Shown: in pieces, positions 24,640 to 36,516 of the stretch
Numbering within the stretch: position 1 is the stretch's first letter
How the letters are laid out: each line of letters begins with the position of its first letter
Origin: an uncultured Gammaproteobacteria bacterium
GTDB lineage: Bacteria; Pseudomonadota; Gammaproteobacteria; UBA9214
NCBI GenBank assembly: GCA_963773065.1
Contig: CAVYZN010000005.1
Span: 32,001 to 96,000, forward strand
Reading direction: 5' to 3'
DNA length: 64,000 bases
Program-made: the position numbers and the translations under genes
The notes under the pieces: generated by a model
What the model was told of the DNA's origin: nothing
What the model saw: only the letters and a program-made list of their open reading frames with translations
Database searches by the model: none

Positions 24640-26895
24640 TCAGGCAAGCCGTGAAATCAGGTTTTCCGCCTCGATCTTCTGATCGTCATTTCCTTCCTCA
24701 AGCACCTCTTTCAGGATGCCCCGGGCTCCGTCGGGATCACCCATGTCCATATAGGCGCGCGCGAGATCAAGCTTGGTGCCTATTTCATCGCTGCTGTCCA
24801 GCAGTCCTTCGGCGAGGGATCCTTCCTCTTGGTTGAGATCCAGTGCATCGAGATTGAAATCGACGTTTTCAGCATAATCGCCGGTTCCCTTCACGCCGCC
24901 TTCGTAATCAAGCCCGATGTCGTTGCCGGCGGGATTTCCAGCGGCGGGACTTTCCTCCATGCCGGTGAGGTCCATACCAAATTCCACGTCGCTTTCCTGA
25001 ACCGCGCGCAGCGTTATGGCCGCCTGGTATAAGGGGTTGGCGGGTGAAAGTTCGTAACCCATGCCGGCAACCCTGCGCCAATCGGGATCACTCTCGCCGA
25101 CCGTTTCGCGGAACACGGCCGCCTGGGCGTCGAAAGCGGCGGTATTGCCGGCGGCGTGATAGATCTCCAACAGTTTGATCTTGAGATCACGGCGATTGGG
25201 GTTGCCGTGCAAGGCGTTCTTGATGACGTCCTCCGCCTGTTGCACCCGCCCGTAGGCGATAAACACATCCGCTTCCGTCAATGGATCGCTCGCATCATCA
25301 CCCTGTAATGGTCCCATGTCATCGGCGGAGAAATCGCTGAACAGCGTGTCGTCACTGACGGCAACACGGTGCCTGACAGGCGGCTCATCATTACGCGCGG
25401 CAGACATCTGACTCGCGAGCGTTGGCTCCTCATTGAATATGTCCTCCGTTTTGCGCTGCCGGGTTGACGCCCACAGGAATCCGCCCAGGATCATTGCGAC
25501 CAGTACGCCCAGTCCGGCGAGTACCGGATTGTCCAACAGACGATCGACAATCCCTTTGGGTTTGCCGTCATCGCGGCCATTTGCAGCGGGAGTCGTCCTG
25601 GCCAGCGTTTCCCCCGACGCCGCCATCTGGTCACTTGCCGGTGCTTGCGCCTCGGATGAAGTCTCCTCTGCCGTATTGGCTGAAGGTGTCTGATTTTGCG
25701 TCGCGAGCCTGTTCTGCAGGTTCGCCAGTTGTTCGTCTTTCAGTTCAATCAGGCGTTGCATGCTGGTGACCTGTTCTTCCAGTTTGCTGACACGGGATTG
25801 CAATTCCTGCGACTGTGCGCGACCCGCCTCTGCCTCTTCGGTTGCGAGTGACAACTGCTGGAGCAGTGCTTGCGAGTCCGGCGCCTGCGCCGCACCGCTT
25901 GCAGGTACACCGGGAGCAACGGCCCCTTTGATGGTCTCGTCCTCAGGTGCGACCAACTGCAGGCGGGACTCCACTGCAGGCTCGGCTTTGGGCTCGGTGG
26001 CGGTTTCGGTTTCGGGCTCGGGGGCGGAAGCCGGCTGTCCTTTCGGCGCCATTTCGGGTGCTCTCGCCTGCTCTGTAGGACGTTCAGCGCCGCGGCCCTG
26101 TTGCCATTCGGTATATTGACGGCTGGCTTCACGTCGCGCGGCGGATTGGTCCAGCGACAGAATCTCGTCTCGCTGGGGAATCTGCAGGGTCACGCCGGCC
26201 TTCATATTGTTGATGTTGTTGTTGACAAAGGCATCCGGGTTCGCGCGCTGCAGGGCGAGCATCATCTGCTGAATGCTGATATCACCGCCGGGACGAACGC
26301 GCTTCGCAATATCCCAGAGAGTCTCGCTGCGTTTCACCGGACCATAATTATCGGCACCCCCAGAGGCGATTACCGGGGCGGGCGCAACGGTTGCCGGCCT
26401 CGCCGCCGGTACTCTGGCGAGAGGCGGGGCCTGCACGGCTTCGGGGGGCGGCGCCTGTCTGACTAAAGGGGCTCGCGGAGCCGGCGGAATTGCCGGCATT
26501 GTGACCGGCGGATCGACAAGCAGCGTATATTGCCTGAGCAATCGGCCCTTGCTCCAGGTCGCCTCGATCAGGAAATCCAGATAAGGTTCGCGCACAGGCT
26601 GCCGGGTGGTAATGCGGATGACCGGCTTGCCGCCCGGAAGCTGCTCAACATTGAATTGAAAGTCCTCCAGAATGGCCGGCCGGGAGACTCCCAGTTTGTC
26701 AAAGGATTCCCTGGATGCGATGGTGACCTTGAGTTCTTGAAGTTCCTCCTTGCTCGCCGAGGTAAGCTCGACATCGGCACTTAACGGGTCGTTCAATGTG
26801 GAGTGGATTTCGATGTCGCCGAGTCCGATCGCCAGAACATTCGAGCTTGCCGTCAAATACAGCATGGCCGCTGCGACTACTGCCTTTCTAAACAT
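24640..26895 (-). CDS. fimV: FimV/HubP polar landmark protein
   Basis: GLGDI N-terminus, LysM-like TLWDIA...NPDAF, transmembrane segment, C-terminal TKLDLARAYMDMGD. asd-fimV-truA order. Confidence 0.93.
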   Translation of the reverse strand: MFRKAVVAAAMLYLTASSNVLAIGLGDIEIHSTLNDPLSADVELTSASKEELQELKVTIASRESFDKLGVSRPAILEDFQFNVEQLPGGKPVIRITTRQPVREPYLDFLIEATWSKGRLLRQYTLLVDPPVTMPAIPPAPRAPLVRQAPPPEAVQAPPLARVPAARPATVAPAPVIASGGADNYGPVKRSETLWDIAKRVRPGGDISIQQMMLALQRANPDAFVNNNINNMKAGVTLQIPQRDEILSLDQSAARREASRQYTEWQQGRGAERPTEQARAPEMAPKGQPASAPEPETETATEPKAEPAVESRLQLVAPEDETIKGAVAPGVPASGAAQAPDSQALLQQLSLATEEAEAGRAQSQELQSRVSKLEEQVTSMQRLIELKDEQLANLQNRLATQNQTPSANTAEETSSEAQAPASDQMAASGETLARTTPAANGRDDGKPKGIVDRLLDNPVLAGLGVLVAMILGGFLWASTRQRKTEDIFNEEPTLASQMSAARNDEPPVRHRVAVSDDTLFSDFSADDMGPLQGDDASDPLTEADVFIAYGRVQQAEDVIKNALHGNPNRRDLKIKLLEIYHAAGNTAAFDAQAAVFRETVGESDPDWRRVAGMGYELSPANPLYQAAITLRAVQESDVEFGMDLTGMEESPAAGNPAGNDIGLDYEGGVKGTGDYAENVDFNLDALDLNQEEGSLAEGLLDSSDEIGTKLDLARAYMDMGDPDGARGILKEVLEEGNDDQKIEAENLISRLA

Positions 26896-26992
26896 ACCGA
26901 TCACCTCTGTTGGACAGTCTCTGAAGGCGCGCGCCGTAACTCCCTGACCAGCCAACCTGGCAGGCCAGGGAACCAATCCTGCGAACTATAAC

Positions 26993-28016
26993 TTACAAGT
27001 AATCTTTCACCAAGATTTCAGCAATCTGGATGCTGTTGAGGGCCGCACCTTTGCGCACGTTATCGGCGACGACCCACAGGTCTAAACCTCTCGGATGCGA
27101 GATGTCTTCCCGGATCCTGCCGACGTAGACCGGGTCATGATTGGCCGCCTCCGTAACCGCTGTCGGATAACCGCCGTCCCGGCGTTCATCGATCACCACG
27201 ACGCCGGGGGCGTGCTCAAGCAAGTTGCGAGCCTGCTCGGCGCTGATCTTATCCCGCGTCTCGATATGGACGGCCTCGGAGTGACCGTAGAACACCGGCA
27301 CCCTGACCGTAGTCGGATTGACCATGATCGTATCGTCTTCCATGATCTTCCTGGTTTCCCAGACCATCTTCATCTCTTCCTTGGTATACCCGTTCTCCTG
27401 GAACACGTCGATGTGCGGCAATACGTTGAAGGCGATCTGCTTCGGATAGACTTCCGCCTTGATGGAATTGCCGTTCAGCAGATTCGCCGTCTGGCCCGCG
27501 AGTTCCTCGATGGCTTCCTTGCCGGTACCCGATACCGCCTGATAGGTACAGACATTGATGCGTGTGATACCAACCGCATCATGGATCGGCTTCAGCGCCA
27601 CCAGCATCTGGATGGTGGAGCAGTTCGGGTTCGCTATGATGCCGTGGTTGGTGTAATGCTTGATCGCCCAAGGATTCACCTCCGGAACCACCAGCGGAAT
27701 ATCGTCCTGGTAACGGAACTGGGAGGTATTGTCGATGACGACGCAGCCAGCCTTCGCCGGCAAGCGGTGCGTACTTTTCCGAAATGGAGGCCCCGGCGGA
27801 GAAAAGCCCGATCTGTACCCGGGAAAAATCAAAGCTGCTCAAATCCTGAACGGTGAGCATCTTTTTACCAAAGGGTACCTTCTTGCCGGCGGAGCGTTCG
27901 CTTGCCAGGGCATAGACATTGTTGACCGGAAAATTCCTTTCCGCGAGGATTCCCAGCATCGCCTCGCCGACTGCACCGGTTGCTCCCACGACTGCCACAT
28001 CAAATTTACGTGTCAT
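26993..28016 (-). CDS. asd: Aspartate-semialdehyde dehydrogenase, with a +1 frameshift near 27758
   Basis: VGATGAVG in ORF 27579..28016. VIDNTS, NPNCSTIQ and DNVRKGAA in ORF 26993..27832. Confidence 0.95.
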
Positions 28017-28075
28017 TTTCTCGACTACCCGTTAACTGAACCCGTACAAGCGGGCGGATTGATATCAAAGCTTGG

Positions 28076-29164
28076 TCATGCGCCGGCCCGCAGCGCGGCT
28101 GCCACCGCATCGCCCATCTCCCGGGTCCCGACGGTTCGCATTCCCGTGGATGCAATATCCGCTGTCCGCAGACCGGCATCGAGGACCTTGCCAACAGCCT
28201 GCTCGATACGCCCGGCAAGCGCCGGCTCATCCAGACTGTAGCGCAGCATCATGGCCACTGACAGTATCGTGGCAAGCGGATTGGCGATGCCCCGGCCAGC
28301 GATGTCAGGCGCCGAACCGTGGATGGGCTCGTACATCCCCTTGCCGCGACTGTTTAGCGAAGCCGATGGCAGCATACCGATGGATCCCGTCAGCATGGCG
28401 GCCGCGTCCGAGAGTATATCCCCGAACATGTTGGTCGTTACCATGACATCGAACTGTTTGGGTCTGCGCACCAGTTGCATGGCGGCATTATCCACGTACA
28501 TGTGGCTCAATTCGACATCGCCGTATTCCGCTTTACCCAGATGCGTGATGACCTGACGCCACAGTTCGGTGGATTCCAGCACATTGGCCTTATCCACGGA
28601 GCACAGGCGATGCGAGCGCCGGCGCGCGATTTCGAAGGCGCAGCGACCGATGCGTTCGATCTCCGACTCGCTGTAGATTAATGTGTTGAAACCTTCGCGT
28701 TGTCCGTCCGCCCGGGTGCGGATACCGCGCGGCGTTCCGAAATAGATCCCGCCCGTAAGCTCGCGCACGATCATGATATCCAGACCGCTGACGATCTCGG
28801 GTTTCAGGGTCGAGGCCGCGATGAGCTGTGGATAGAGTATGGCCGGCCTCAGGTTGGCGAACAGTTCGAGCCCCGCACGCAGGCCGAGCAGTCCCTGCTC
28901 GGGACGCAAGTGACGTTCCAGCCCATCCCATTTGGGACCTCCCACCGAACCCAGCAGAACGGCATCGGCCGCCCTCGCCAGTTGCAGCGTCGCCGCCGGC
29001 AGCGGGTGGCCGGCTGCATCATAACCGGCCCCGCCGACGGGCGCGTGTTCGCGCTCAAGCGACAGTCCGAATTCCGCCTGCAGACAGGTCAGAACCTTTT
29101 CCGCTTCGGCAATAATTTCCGGGCCAATTCCGTCACCGGGAAGAATGGCTATTTTATATGTCAT
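28076..29164 (-). CDS. leuB: 3-isopropylmalate dehydrogenase
   Basis: [28 protein letters not shown]. Confidence 0.97.
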   Translation of the reverse strand: MTYKIAILPGDGIGPEIIAEAEKVLTCLQAEFGLSLEREHAPVGGAGYDAAGHPLPAATLQLARAADAVLLGSVGGPKWDGLERHLRPEQGLLGLRAGLELFANLRPAILYPQLIAASTLKPEIVSGLDIMIVRELTGGIYFGTPRGIRTRADGQREGFNTLIYSESEIERIGRCAFEIARRRSHRLCSVDKANVLESTELWRQVITHLGKAEYGDVELSHMYVDNAAMQLVRRPKQFDVMVTTNMFGDILSDAAAMLTGSIGMLPSASLNSRGKGMYEPIHGSAPDIAGRGIANPLATILSVAMMLRYSLDEPALAGRIEQAVGKVLDAGLRTADIASTGMRTVGTREMGDAVAAALRAGA

Positions 29165-29192
29165 ATAAATCAGTTACAGACAATCACTCGGA

Positions 29193-29834
29193 TCAGTCGT
29201 CAAATAACCAGGGCGCTTCCCGGCGGCGCTTATCCTCGTAACGGCGGATGGCGTCGGCATGCTGCAAGGTCAGGCCGATATCATCCAGGCCATGAATCAG
29301 GCAATTCTTGCGAAAAGGGTCAACCGCGAACTCGATGACTTCCCGTTGTGGAGTGGTGATGCGCTGCGCCGGCAGGTCAACGGTCAGCGTGTAACCGGCG
29401 GTTACCGCAACGCCCTGGAAGAGACGTTCCACGGCGGCGGCCTCCAGCATGATCGGCAGCACCCCGTTCTTGAAGCAGTTATTGAAGAAGATATCCGCAA
29501 AGCTTGACGCGATCACTACCCGGAATCCCTGATCGAGCAATGCCCATACCGCATGTTCGCGCGACGACCCGCAACCAAAATTTTGCCGAGCGAGGAGAAT
29601 GGTCGCGTTGCGGTAGCGTGGTTGATTGAGAACGAAGTCAGGATTCACCGCCCGGGTGCTGTTATCCATGCCCGGCTCGCCATGATCCAGGTAACGCCAT
29701 TCATCAAACAGGTTTGGTCCAAAGCCCGTGCGCCGTATCGACTTGAGAAACTGTTTGGGAATGATGGCATCGGTATCGACATTAGCCCGATCCAGCGGCA
29801 GCACCAGTCCCGTCAGCGTCGTGAATTTTTCCAT
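29193..29834 (-). CDS. leuD: 3-isopropylmalate dehydratase small subunit
   Basis: [24 protein letters not shown]. Confidence 0.97.
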   Translation of the reverse strand: MEKFTTLTGLVLPLDRANVDTDAIIPKQFLKSIRRTGFGPNLFDEWRYLDHGEPGMDNSTRAVNPDFVLNQPRYRNATILLARQNFGCGSSREHAVWALLDQGFRVVIASSFADIFFNNCFKNGVLPIMLEAAAVERLFQGVAVTAGYTLTVDLPAQRITTPQREVIEFAVDPFRKNCLIHGLDDIGLTLQHADAIRRYEDKRRREAPWLFDD

Positions 29835-29839
29835 GGCCG

Positions 29840-31252
29840 TTACCCGCCCACCCGCGTGCGCACATCCACAAAATGCCCGGCCACCGCGGCGGCGGCGGCC
29901 ATCGCCGGGCTGACGAGGTGGGTGCGTCCGCCCGGTCCCTGGCGCCCTTCGAAATTCCGGTTCGACGTGGACGCGCAGCGTTCGCCGGGCGCCAGCCGAT
30001 CGGCGTTCATGGCCAGACACATGGAACAACCCGGTTCCCGCCATTCGAAACCGGCCGCCCGGAAGACGCGGTCCAGACCTTCGGCCTCGGCCTGTTGCTT
30101 GACCAGACCCGAGCCGGGGACCACCAATGCCTGTTTGATGCTTGCCGCCACCTTTTGTCCCTTGACCACGGCGGCCGCGACCCGCAGATCCTCGATTCGG
30201 GCATTGGTGCAGGAGCCGATAAACACATGATCCGGCCTGATGGCGCTGATCGGCATCCCCGGCTGCAGACCCATGTAGGCCAGCGCCTTGCGCATCCCTT
30301 CGCGTTTGACGGGATTGGCTTCCCGCTCGGGGTCGGGTACGACGCCGTCAACCGGGGCCACCATCTCGGGTGACGTGCCCCAGGTCACCTGCGGAACGAG
30401 GGCGGCGCCGTCGAGTGTGATCAATTGATCAAATTCGGCTTCCTCATCGCTCTTGAGGTCGGTCCAGGCGGCGACTGCCGCGTCCCACAGTCTCCCGACA
30501 GGCGCATAGGGACGGCCGGCAAGGTAATCAACGGTCGCGCCATCGACGGCGATCAGGCCGGCGCGCGCCCCGCCCTCGATGGCCATGTTGCACACCGTCA
30601 TACGTCCCTCCATGGACAGGGAACGGATGGCCGATCCGGAGAATTCGATGGCAAACCCGGTTCCGCCTGCGGTCCCGATACGGCCGATGATCGCCAGTAT
30701 CACGTCCTTGGCGGATACCCCGGTCATCAACCGGCCATCGACCCGAATCTGCATATTGGCGGATTTTTTCTGGATCAGGCACTGCGTCGCCAGCACGTGT
30801 TCGACCTCTGACGTGCCGATGCCGAAAGCCAGGGCGCCAAACGCCCCGTGGGTCGATGTGTGGGAATCGCCGCAGACGACGGTCATGCCCGGCAGGGTGG
30901 CGCCCTGCTCCGGGCCGATGACGTGCACGATCCCCTGACGCGGGTCATGCATGGAAAATTCGGTGATGCCGAAATCCGTACAGTTGCGATCCAGCGTCTC
31001 TACCTGTAGGCGCGACACCGGGTCGGCAATGCCCGCCGCGCGCGCCGTCGTCGGAACGTTGTGATCGGGAACGGCAAGGATGGACCGTGCCCGCCACGGC
31101 CGTCGGCCAGCCAGACGCAATCCCTCGAAGGCCTGGGGCGAGGTGACCTCGTGTACCAGATGCCGGTCGATATACAACAACGCCGTGCCGTCCCCGTCCT
31201 GCCGGACGAGGTGCGATTCCCAGAGTTTGTCGTAAAGGGTTTTACCGGGCAT
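29840..31252 (-). CDS. leuC: 3-isopropylmalate dehydratase large subunit
   Basis: [34 protein letters not shown]. Confidence 0.98.
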   Translation of the reverse strand: MPGKTLYDKLWESHLVRQDGDGTALLYIDRHLVHEVTSPQAFEGLRLAGRRPWRARSILAVPDHNVPTTARAAGIADPVSRLQVETLDRNCTDFGITEFSMHDPRQGIVHVIGPEQGATLPGMTVVCGDSHTSTHGAFGALAFGIGTSEVEHVLATQCLIQKKSANMQIRVDGRLMTGVSAKDVILAIIGRIGTAGGTGFAIEFSGSAIRSLSMEGRMTVCNMAIEGGARAGLIAVDGATVDYLAGRPYAPVGRLWDAAVAAWTDLKSDEEAEFDQLITLDGAALVPQVTWGTSPEMVAPVDGVVPDPEREANPVKREGMRKALAYMGLQPGMPISAIRPDHVFIGSCTNARIEDLRVAAAVVKGQKVAASIKQALVVPGSGLVKQQAEAEGLDRVFRAAGFEWREPGCSMCLAMNADRLAPGERCASTSNRNFEGRQGPGGRTHLVSPAMAAAAAVAGHFVDVRTRVGG

Positions 31253-31334
31253 TAGAGCGAGTTCCGACATCCGCAGACTTCAGACGGGGGATTATATCGG
31301 ATGGTGACAGCGAAAACAGGACTCGCGCACCCGG

Positions 31335-32468
31335 CTAATAATCATCCTTGATGCCCCGATAGGCCACGCCCAGGGCGGTGAGGCTGGCCACGGCGGCCAG
31401 CAGAAACATCGCCTCGGGTCCAATACCCTTCCAGAGGTAACCGCTGGCGAGGCTGCCGGCCGCACCGCCGGCGCCGAAACTCAGGCTGCTGTAAAGCGCC
31501 TGACCACGTCCCTGATGTGAACCGATAAACAGCAGATGGACCAGGTAAATCGACACGGCATGGTAAAGACCGAAGCTGACCGCATGCAGGGTCTGGGCCA
31601 GTCCGATGAGACTGACATGGCCAGGAAAAACGGCAATCACCAGCCAACGCAGGGAAGTAAGGCCGGCGGCAATCAACAGCAGTTGGCGCGCGCCGAAGCG
31701 CGGCAGCAGCCGCGGCATGAGCAGGAAAATGCCGATCTCGGCGATAACCCCCAGTGCCCAGAGTTGGCCGATCAGCGTGCGCGAATAACCGAAGTTCTCG
31801 AGGTAAATGGTAAAGAAGGTGTAATAGGGACCGTGGCTGGCCTGCATCAGGAAACATACACCGAAGAAGGAAACCACCATCGGCCGTCTGATCACCTGGC
31901 GCAGTGACTCCTGCTCCAGTTTCAGATGACCGGCCGCGGATTCCGGCACGGCAAGGCTGCTCAGCCAGATGGCGAAGAACAGGGCCAGCAGTATTCCAGG
32001 CAACATGCCGGCCCCATAGTGATCCAGCAAGGCTCCGAGTCCCGCGACCGTCAGGATGAAACCGACGGAACCCCATAATCGAATGCGGCTGTAACGCCTG
32101 GTCTCACTGCCCAGGTGATTCATCGTCGTGGCCTCGAACTGTGGCAGCGAGGCATTCCAGAAAAAACTGAACACCGACATGACCAGGGCCAGCCACCAAT
32201 AGCCGGTGCCGGCAAAAACCCCGGCAAAGGTCACCGCAGCCAGCAAGCAGGCCACGCGCACAATGGCGATGCGTCGACCGGTGTGGTCGGCGATCCAGCC
32301 CCAGACGTTGGGCGCGACGATCTTGGTTGCCATCAGGATGGCGGTCAGTTGCCCGATCTCGGTGACGCTGAAATCCAGCGACTTGAGGTAGAGGTTCCAG
32401 TAGGGAACCAGTGCCCCGAGGGCAGCGAAATAAAACAAATAGAAGCCGGACAGCCGCCAGTAGTTCAT
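31335..32468 (-). CDS. MFS transporter (HcaT/MFS_1-like)
   Basis: About 12 hydrophobic segments, RLWGSVGF motif. Downstream of aroC. Confidence 0.85.
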   Translation of the reverse strand: MNYWRLSGFYLFYFAALGALVPYWNLYLKSLDFSVTEIGQLTAILMATKIVAPNVWGWIADHTGRRIAIVRVACLLAAVTFAGVFAGTGYWWLALVMSVFSFFWNASLPQFEATTMNHLGSETRRYSRIRLWGSVGFILTVAGLGALLDHYGAGMLPGILLALFFAIWLSSLAVPESAAGHLKLEQESLRQVIRRPMVVSFFGVCFLMQASHGPYYTFFTIYLENFGYSRTLIGQLWALGVIAEIGIFLLMPRLLPRFGARQLLLIAAGLTSLRWLVIAVFPGHVSLIGLAQTLHAVSFGLYHAVSIYLVHLLFIGSHQGRGQALYSSLSFGAGGAAGSLASGYLWKGIGPEAMFLLAAVASLTALGVAYRGIKDDY

Positions 32469-32520
32469 GCCGGGGTAAAATCGGTGAGCGGGTGGAGGAT
32501 TCTGTGCCGGCCCGGCAGAG

Positions 32521-33624
32521 TTATTCCCGCGCCCTTGCGGGTATGACCGGCGTATCCGATACGACATGCTGGTTCTGGGCGCGGTGCCGCAGCAGGTGAT
32601 CCATCAGCACTATCGCCAGCATGGCTTCGGCTATCGGCGTGGCGCGGATGCCGACACACGGGTCGTGCCGTCCAGTGGTAATGATTTTGACGGGCTCGCC
32701 CTTGATATTCACGGTTTGGGCCGGCAGGCGGATACTCGAGGTGGGTTTCAGCGCAATACTGACGACGATATCCTGCCCGCTGGAAATGCCGCCCAGCACG
32801 CCGCCCGCGTTATTGCCAAGGAAGCCCTGCGGGGTGATCTCGTCACGGTGTTCGCTGCCCTTCTGTGCAATGCAGGTGAAACCGGCGCCAATTTCAACAC
32901 CCTTCACGGCATTGATGCTCATCAGAGCGTGGGCGATATCGGCATCCAGCCGGTCGAAAACCGGCTCCCCCAATCCGGGCGGAACACCGCTGGCAACTAC
33001 GTTGATCCGGGCGCCGATCGAGTCGCCTTCCTTGCGTAGCGCATCCATGTAGTGCTCCAACTCCGCCACACGGGAAGGATCGGGACAGAAGAACGGGTTG
33101 GCATCTATCGCGTCCCAGTCTTTGATATCGAGCTGGATCGGCCCGAGTTGGGCAAGATAGCCGCGTATGCGGACACCGCAGCGTTCGCGCAGGTATTTCC
33201 TGGCGATGGCGCCGGCGGCCACGCGCATCGCGGTTTCCCTAGCCGATGAACGCCCGCCGCCGCGGTAGTCACGAAAGCCGTATTTTTGCTGGTAGGTGTA
33301 ATCCGCATGGCCGGGACGGAACCGGTCCATGATCCTGGCATAGTCCTTTGAGCGTTGATCGGTGTTCAGTATCAGCAAACCGATCGGGGTGCCCGTCGTC
33401 CTGCCATCGAAAACACCGGAGAGTATCTGCACCTCGTCCGCCTCCCGCCGTTGGGTGGTATGCCGCGATTTGCCGGGTCTGCGGCGGTCCAGATCGTGCT
33501 GCAGGTCCTGCCCGGTGAGTTCCATACCCGGCGGGCAGCCATCGACGATACAACCCAGTGCCGGGCCGTGACTCTCCCCGAAGCTGGTCACCGTGAACAG
33601 TTTTCCGAAGCTGTTTCCTGACAT
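32521..33624 (-). CDS. aroC: Chorismate synthase
   Basis: [26 protein letters not shown]. Confidence 0.98.
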   Translation of the reverse strand: MSGNSFGKLFTVTSFGESHGPALGCIVDGCPPGMELTGQDLQHDLDRRRPGKSRHTTQRREADEVQILSGVFDGRTTGTPIGLLILNTDQRSKDYARIMDRFRPGHADYTYQQKYGFRDYRGGGRSSARETAMRVAAGAIARKYLRERCGVRIRGYLAQLGPIQLDIKDWDAIDANPFFCPDPSRVAELEHYMDALRKEGDSIGARINVVASGVPPGLGEPVFDRLDADIAHALMSINAVKGVEIGAGFTCIAQKGSEHRDEITPQGFLGNNAGGVLGGISSGQDIVVSIALKPTSSIRLPAQTVNIKGEPVKIITTGRHDPCVGIRATPIAEAMLAIVLMDHLLRHRAQNQHVVSDTPVIPARARE

Positions 33625-33682
33625 GCGCCTATTGTAACGGGTTACTAAACAAGCGTCCCCTGTTTCCTGATGGCGCTGGTGT

Positions 33683-33709
33683 TAAAGGCCCAACCGTTTC
33701 GTCCGATAT
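33683..33709 (+). promoter_or_regulatory. Candidate sigma28 (FliA) promoter
   Basis: TAAA-N15-TCCGATAT compared with the consensus TAAA-N15-GCCGATAA, 41 nt before an ATG with an AGGAG RBS. Confidence 0.55.
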
Positions 33710-33750
33710 GAGCTATGCGGTAAACGCATATCGGACACCAGGAGACAGAC

Positions 33751-33948
33751 ATGGCGCAATCTGCAACCCAATCCACCCGGATCGGCAAGTACCTCGGTCA
33801 ACCCATCTACAAGACCATCCAGTCACACAATGGAACCTATGTGTTCGACCGGATCGCCAGGAATATCGATGGCGAATTTCCTCTCGACCAGTTGAACAAG
33901 GATGAGCTATTGATAAAGCCCGGACTCATTTACCGCGCCATGCGTTAG
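33751..33948 (+). CDS. Small hypothetical protein (65 aa)
   Basis: AGGAG RBS, fills the gap between aroC and the upstream gene on the opposite strand, protein-like composition. Confidence 0.7.
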   Translation: MAQSATQSTRIGKYLGQPIYKTIQSHNGTYVFDRIARNIDGEFPLDQLNKDELLIKPGLIYRAMR

Positions 33949-34001
33949 CGCTACACACACCGGTCTGCTGGCCGGACAGAATAGGGTCGTAGGAGGTCAG
34001 G

Positions 34002-34319
34002 TCAGTCCTCAGGAAGGTCGAGTCCCTGCTTGTGCGTCTGGTTGATCCGGTAAAACAGCCTGATAAACGGCAGCGCTTTCTCGTTGCTTCTCCTCACCAG
34101 GCGCATGAACGGCAGGTCCTCCCGACCGAACAGATAGCTGCCGTCCGCCAACGATACACGCAGTTCCCGAACCTCCTTCAGCAGAACATCCAGGTAGGCC
34201 GGATTGCCCTCGACGTCATCGATATCGAAGGCCGTCGACGCCTGCAGTTCTTCGAGATCAAATATCACCTGATCGACCAGATCTACGTATTCCTGCGCCG
34301 TCTTTGCCCTTTCAGCCAT
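34002..34319 (-). CDS. Hypothetical acidic helical protein
   Basis: 105-aa ORF overlapping the prmB stop, host-like codon usage. No domain recognised with confidence. Confidence 0.75.
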   Translation of the reverse strand: MAERAKTAQEYVDLVDQVIFDLEELQASTAFDIDDVEGNPAYLDVLLKEVRELRVSLADGSYLFGREDLPFMRLVRRSNEKALPFIRLFYRINQTHKQGLDLPED

Positions 34320-35268
34320 TGTCAGTAGACCTCGCATTCCTACCCGTCAGGCCGAGGCGCTCTGCCGCCACGCGATCAAAGTCCTGCTGATGCCGCTTCA
34401 ACTGAGTCTGTTCCAGCAAGAACACCCCCTCCCCGCCATGTTCGAAATCAAGCCAGAGAAACGGGATATCGGGGTACTGCCCGACCAGTGCCTGCTGGCT
34501 GCAGCCCACCTCCACGACGAGTATCCCGTAATCCCTAAGATGCCGGGAGGCATGTTTAAGTATCTGCACCACAACATCGAGTCCATCCTCCCCCGCCGAT
34601 AGGCCAAGCAGCGGCTCATGGTGAAACTCGTGTGGCAATTGTTGCACTTCCTCATGTGATACATAAGGGGGATTAGAGACTATCAGGTCAAATCGCCGTT
34701 CACCAATGCGCTCGAAAAGACTGCTTTCCAGCAGTTGCACGCGCTGCGTAAGCCCATGGCGGTTGATATTTTCCCTGGCAACGGCCAGGGCATCGGCGGA
34801 TATATCCGTTGCGAGCACGCGAGCATCCGGGAATGCATAGGCGCAGGCGATGGCGATACAGCCGCTGCCGGTACACAGGTCGAGTACGCTGCCGATCCGC
34901 TCCGGCACCACCCAGGGCGAAAACCGGTTTGCAATCAGTTCGGCTATCGGGGAACGCGGCACCAGCACGCGCTCATCCACGTAAAAGGGCAATCCGGCAA
35001 ACCAGGCTTCATGGATGAGATAGGCGGCGGGTTTGCGGGTGGAAACGCGGGACTCGATGAGATGCATAACCTGTTGGCGCTCGGTTTCATTCAGCACGGC
35101 ATCGAGGTAGTCATCGGGCAGGTCCCTACCGAGATGCAGCGCATGCATCACCAATGCCGCCGACTCATCCAAGGCATTATCCGTGCCGTGGCCGAATACC
35201 AGACCGGCCTCTCCAAACCGGCTGGCTCCCCAGCGTATGAAATCCCGTACGGTAGTGAGTGATTTCAT
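34312..35268 (-). CDS. prmB: Ribosomal protein L3 glutamine methyltransferase
   Basis: FGHGTDNA, VLVPRSPIAELI, DLCTGSGCI, SNPPY. Upstream of aroC. Confidence 0.96.
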   Translation of the reverse strand: MKSLTTVRDFIRWGASRFGEAGLVFGHGTDNALDESAALVMHALHLGRDLPDDYLDAVLNETERQQVMHLIESRVSTRKPAAYLIHEAWFAGLPFYVDERVLVPRSPIAELIANRFSPWVVPERIGSVLDLCTGSGCIAIACAYAFPDARVLATDISADALAVARENINRHGLTQRVQLLESSLFERIGERRFDLIVSNPPYVSHEEVQQLPHEFHHEPLLGLSAGEDGLDVVVQILKHASRHLRDYGILVVEVGCSQQALVGQYPDIPFLWLDFEHGGEGVFLLEQTQLKRHQQDFDRVAAERLGLTGRNARSTDNG

Positions 35269-35383
35269 GCGGCTCCTTGGCGCATGGGACTGCGGCGATG
35301 CACAGCGTCGATCATGCCAGATACTTTTCTTTTCAATCGCATAATGATGAAGCCGGGGCGGCTATGTGGAATAATGTGCCACC

Positions 35384-36031
35384 ATGTCCGCATCCGGCAA
35401 ATCATCAACACTACGCCATGGCGTCATTTTGCTGGCCGTCTCCGCCTTCGCCCTCTCCGCCGGGTACTGGGTAGCCGATAGCTTCCTGGTCACACCACCG
35501 GACCTGTCCGGTCTGCACGGCACGGTATTCGGCAAACCGCGCGACATCGGATCTTTTAAGCTCGCCGATCATACAGGAAAGACCTTTGACAACCGCGCCC
35601 TGCAGGGCCGCTGGTCGTTTGTCTTCTTTGGATATACCCATTGTCCCGACGTCTGTCCGACAACCCTGTCCGTGCTGAACAGCGTCGCCCGCAAGCTGAA
35701 AGATCATGAAAATGACGTGCAATTCGTATTCATCACCGTCGATCCCGAGCGGGATACGCCTGAGAAACTGGGCCAATTCGTTTCCTACTTCAACGGTGCA
35801 TTTATCGGCGTCACCGGCAGCAACGCGGCGATCAGCGAACTCACCCGGCAACTGGGTGTCATCTTCGCGCGCGTCACCGACAATGCCGGAGCGGACAATT
35901 ACCTGATGGACCATACTGCCAGTGTATTGCTGTTCGACCCCGCCGGCCGGTTCCATGCCGTATTCTCACCGCCCCTCAATGCGGCCGACATCACGGATGA
36001 CTTCGGCAGAATCTCACAGGCTTACCGATAA
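35384..36031 (+). CDS. SCO/SenC family copper-binding protein
   Basis: FGYTHCPDVCP (CxxxC), DPERDT, conserved His in MDHT. Confidence 0.93.
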   Translation: MSASGKSSTLRHGVILLAVSAFALSAGYWVADSFLVTPPDLSGLHGTVFGKPRDIGSFKLADHTGKTFDNRALQGRWSFVFFGYTHCPDVCPTTLSVLNSVARKLKDHENDVQFVFITVDPERDTPEKLGQFVSYFNGAFIGVTGSNAAISELTRQLGVIFARVTDNAGADNYLMDHTASVLLFDPAGRFHAVFSPPLNAADITDDFGRISQAYR

Positions 36032-36034
36032 TCC

Positions 36035-36493
36035 ATGAGACCCTTGGTTGCCGCCCTCCCCGCCTCCCTCGGCCTGCTGCTGTCCTTCGCGCTCGCAGCG
36101 GACGTGACGCTGGAAGTGCGGGAACCCTGGATCAGGGAGGCGCCGCCGGCGACCAGTGTACTGGCTGCCTATATGATCATCCACAACGAGGGTGACTCCC
36201 CGGCCGAAATCACGTCCATCACGAGTCCTGAATTTGACCACACCGAGCTGCACCGCACGATGGTCGAATCCGGTGTCGCGAGGATGATCCCTGTGGAGAA
36301 GCTCCAGATTCCCGCCGGAAGCGAGATCTCCCTGGAGCCTGGCGGTATGCATCTGATGCTGTTCAACCCGCGGCGCTTGCTCCGTGAAGGCGATAGCGTG
36401 ACCCTTGTCATCCATCGCGCCGACGGGTTTTGTAACACCTATACGATACCCGTGATACGCGCGGCCGCTGATGCCGGCCATCAACACCAGTAG
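36035..36493 (+). CDS. Periplasmic copper chaperone PCu(A)C
   Basis: Signal peptide, WIRE, ELH-x10-M...PGGMHLML motif, His-containing tail. Confidence 0.92.
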   Translation: MRPLVAALPASLGLLLSFALAADVTLEVREPWIREAPPATSVLAAYMIIHNEGDSPAEITSITSPEFDHTELHRTMVESGVARMIPVEKLQIPAGSEISLEPGGMHLMLFNPRRLLREGDSVTLVIHRADGFCNTYTIPVIRAAADAGHQHQ

Positions 36494-36516
36494 ACCCGTC
36501 AGCCATCCTCGAACCG

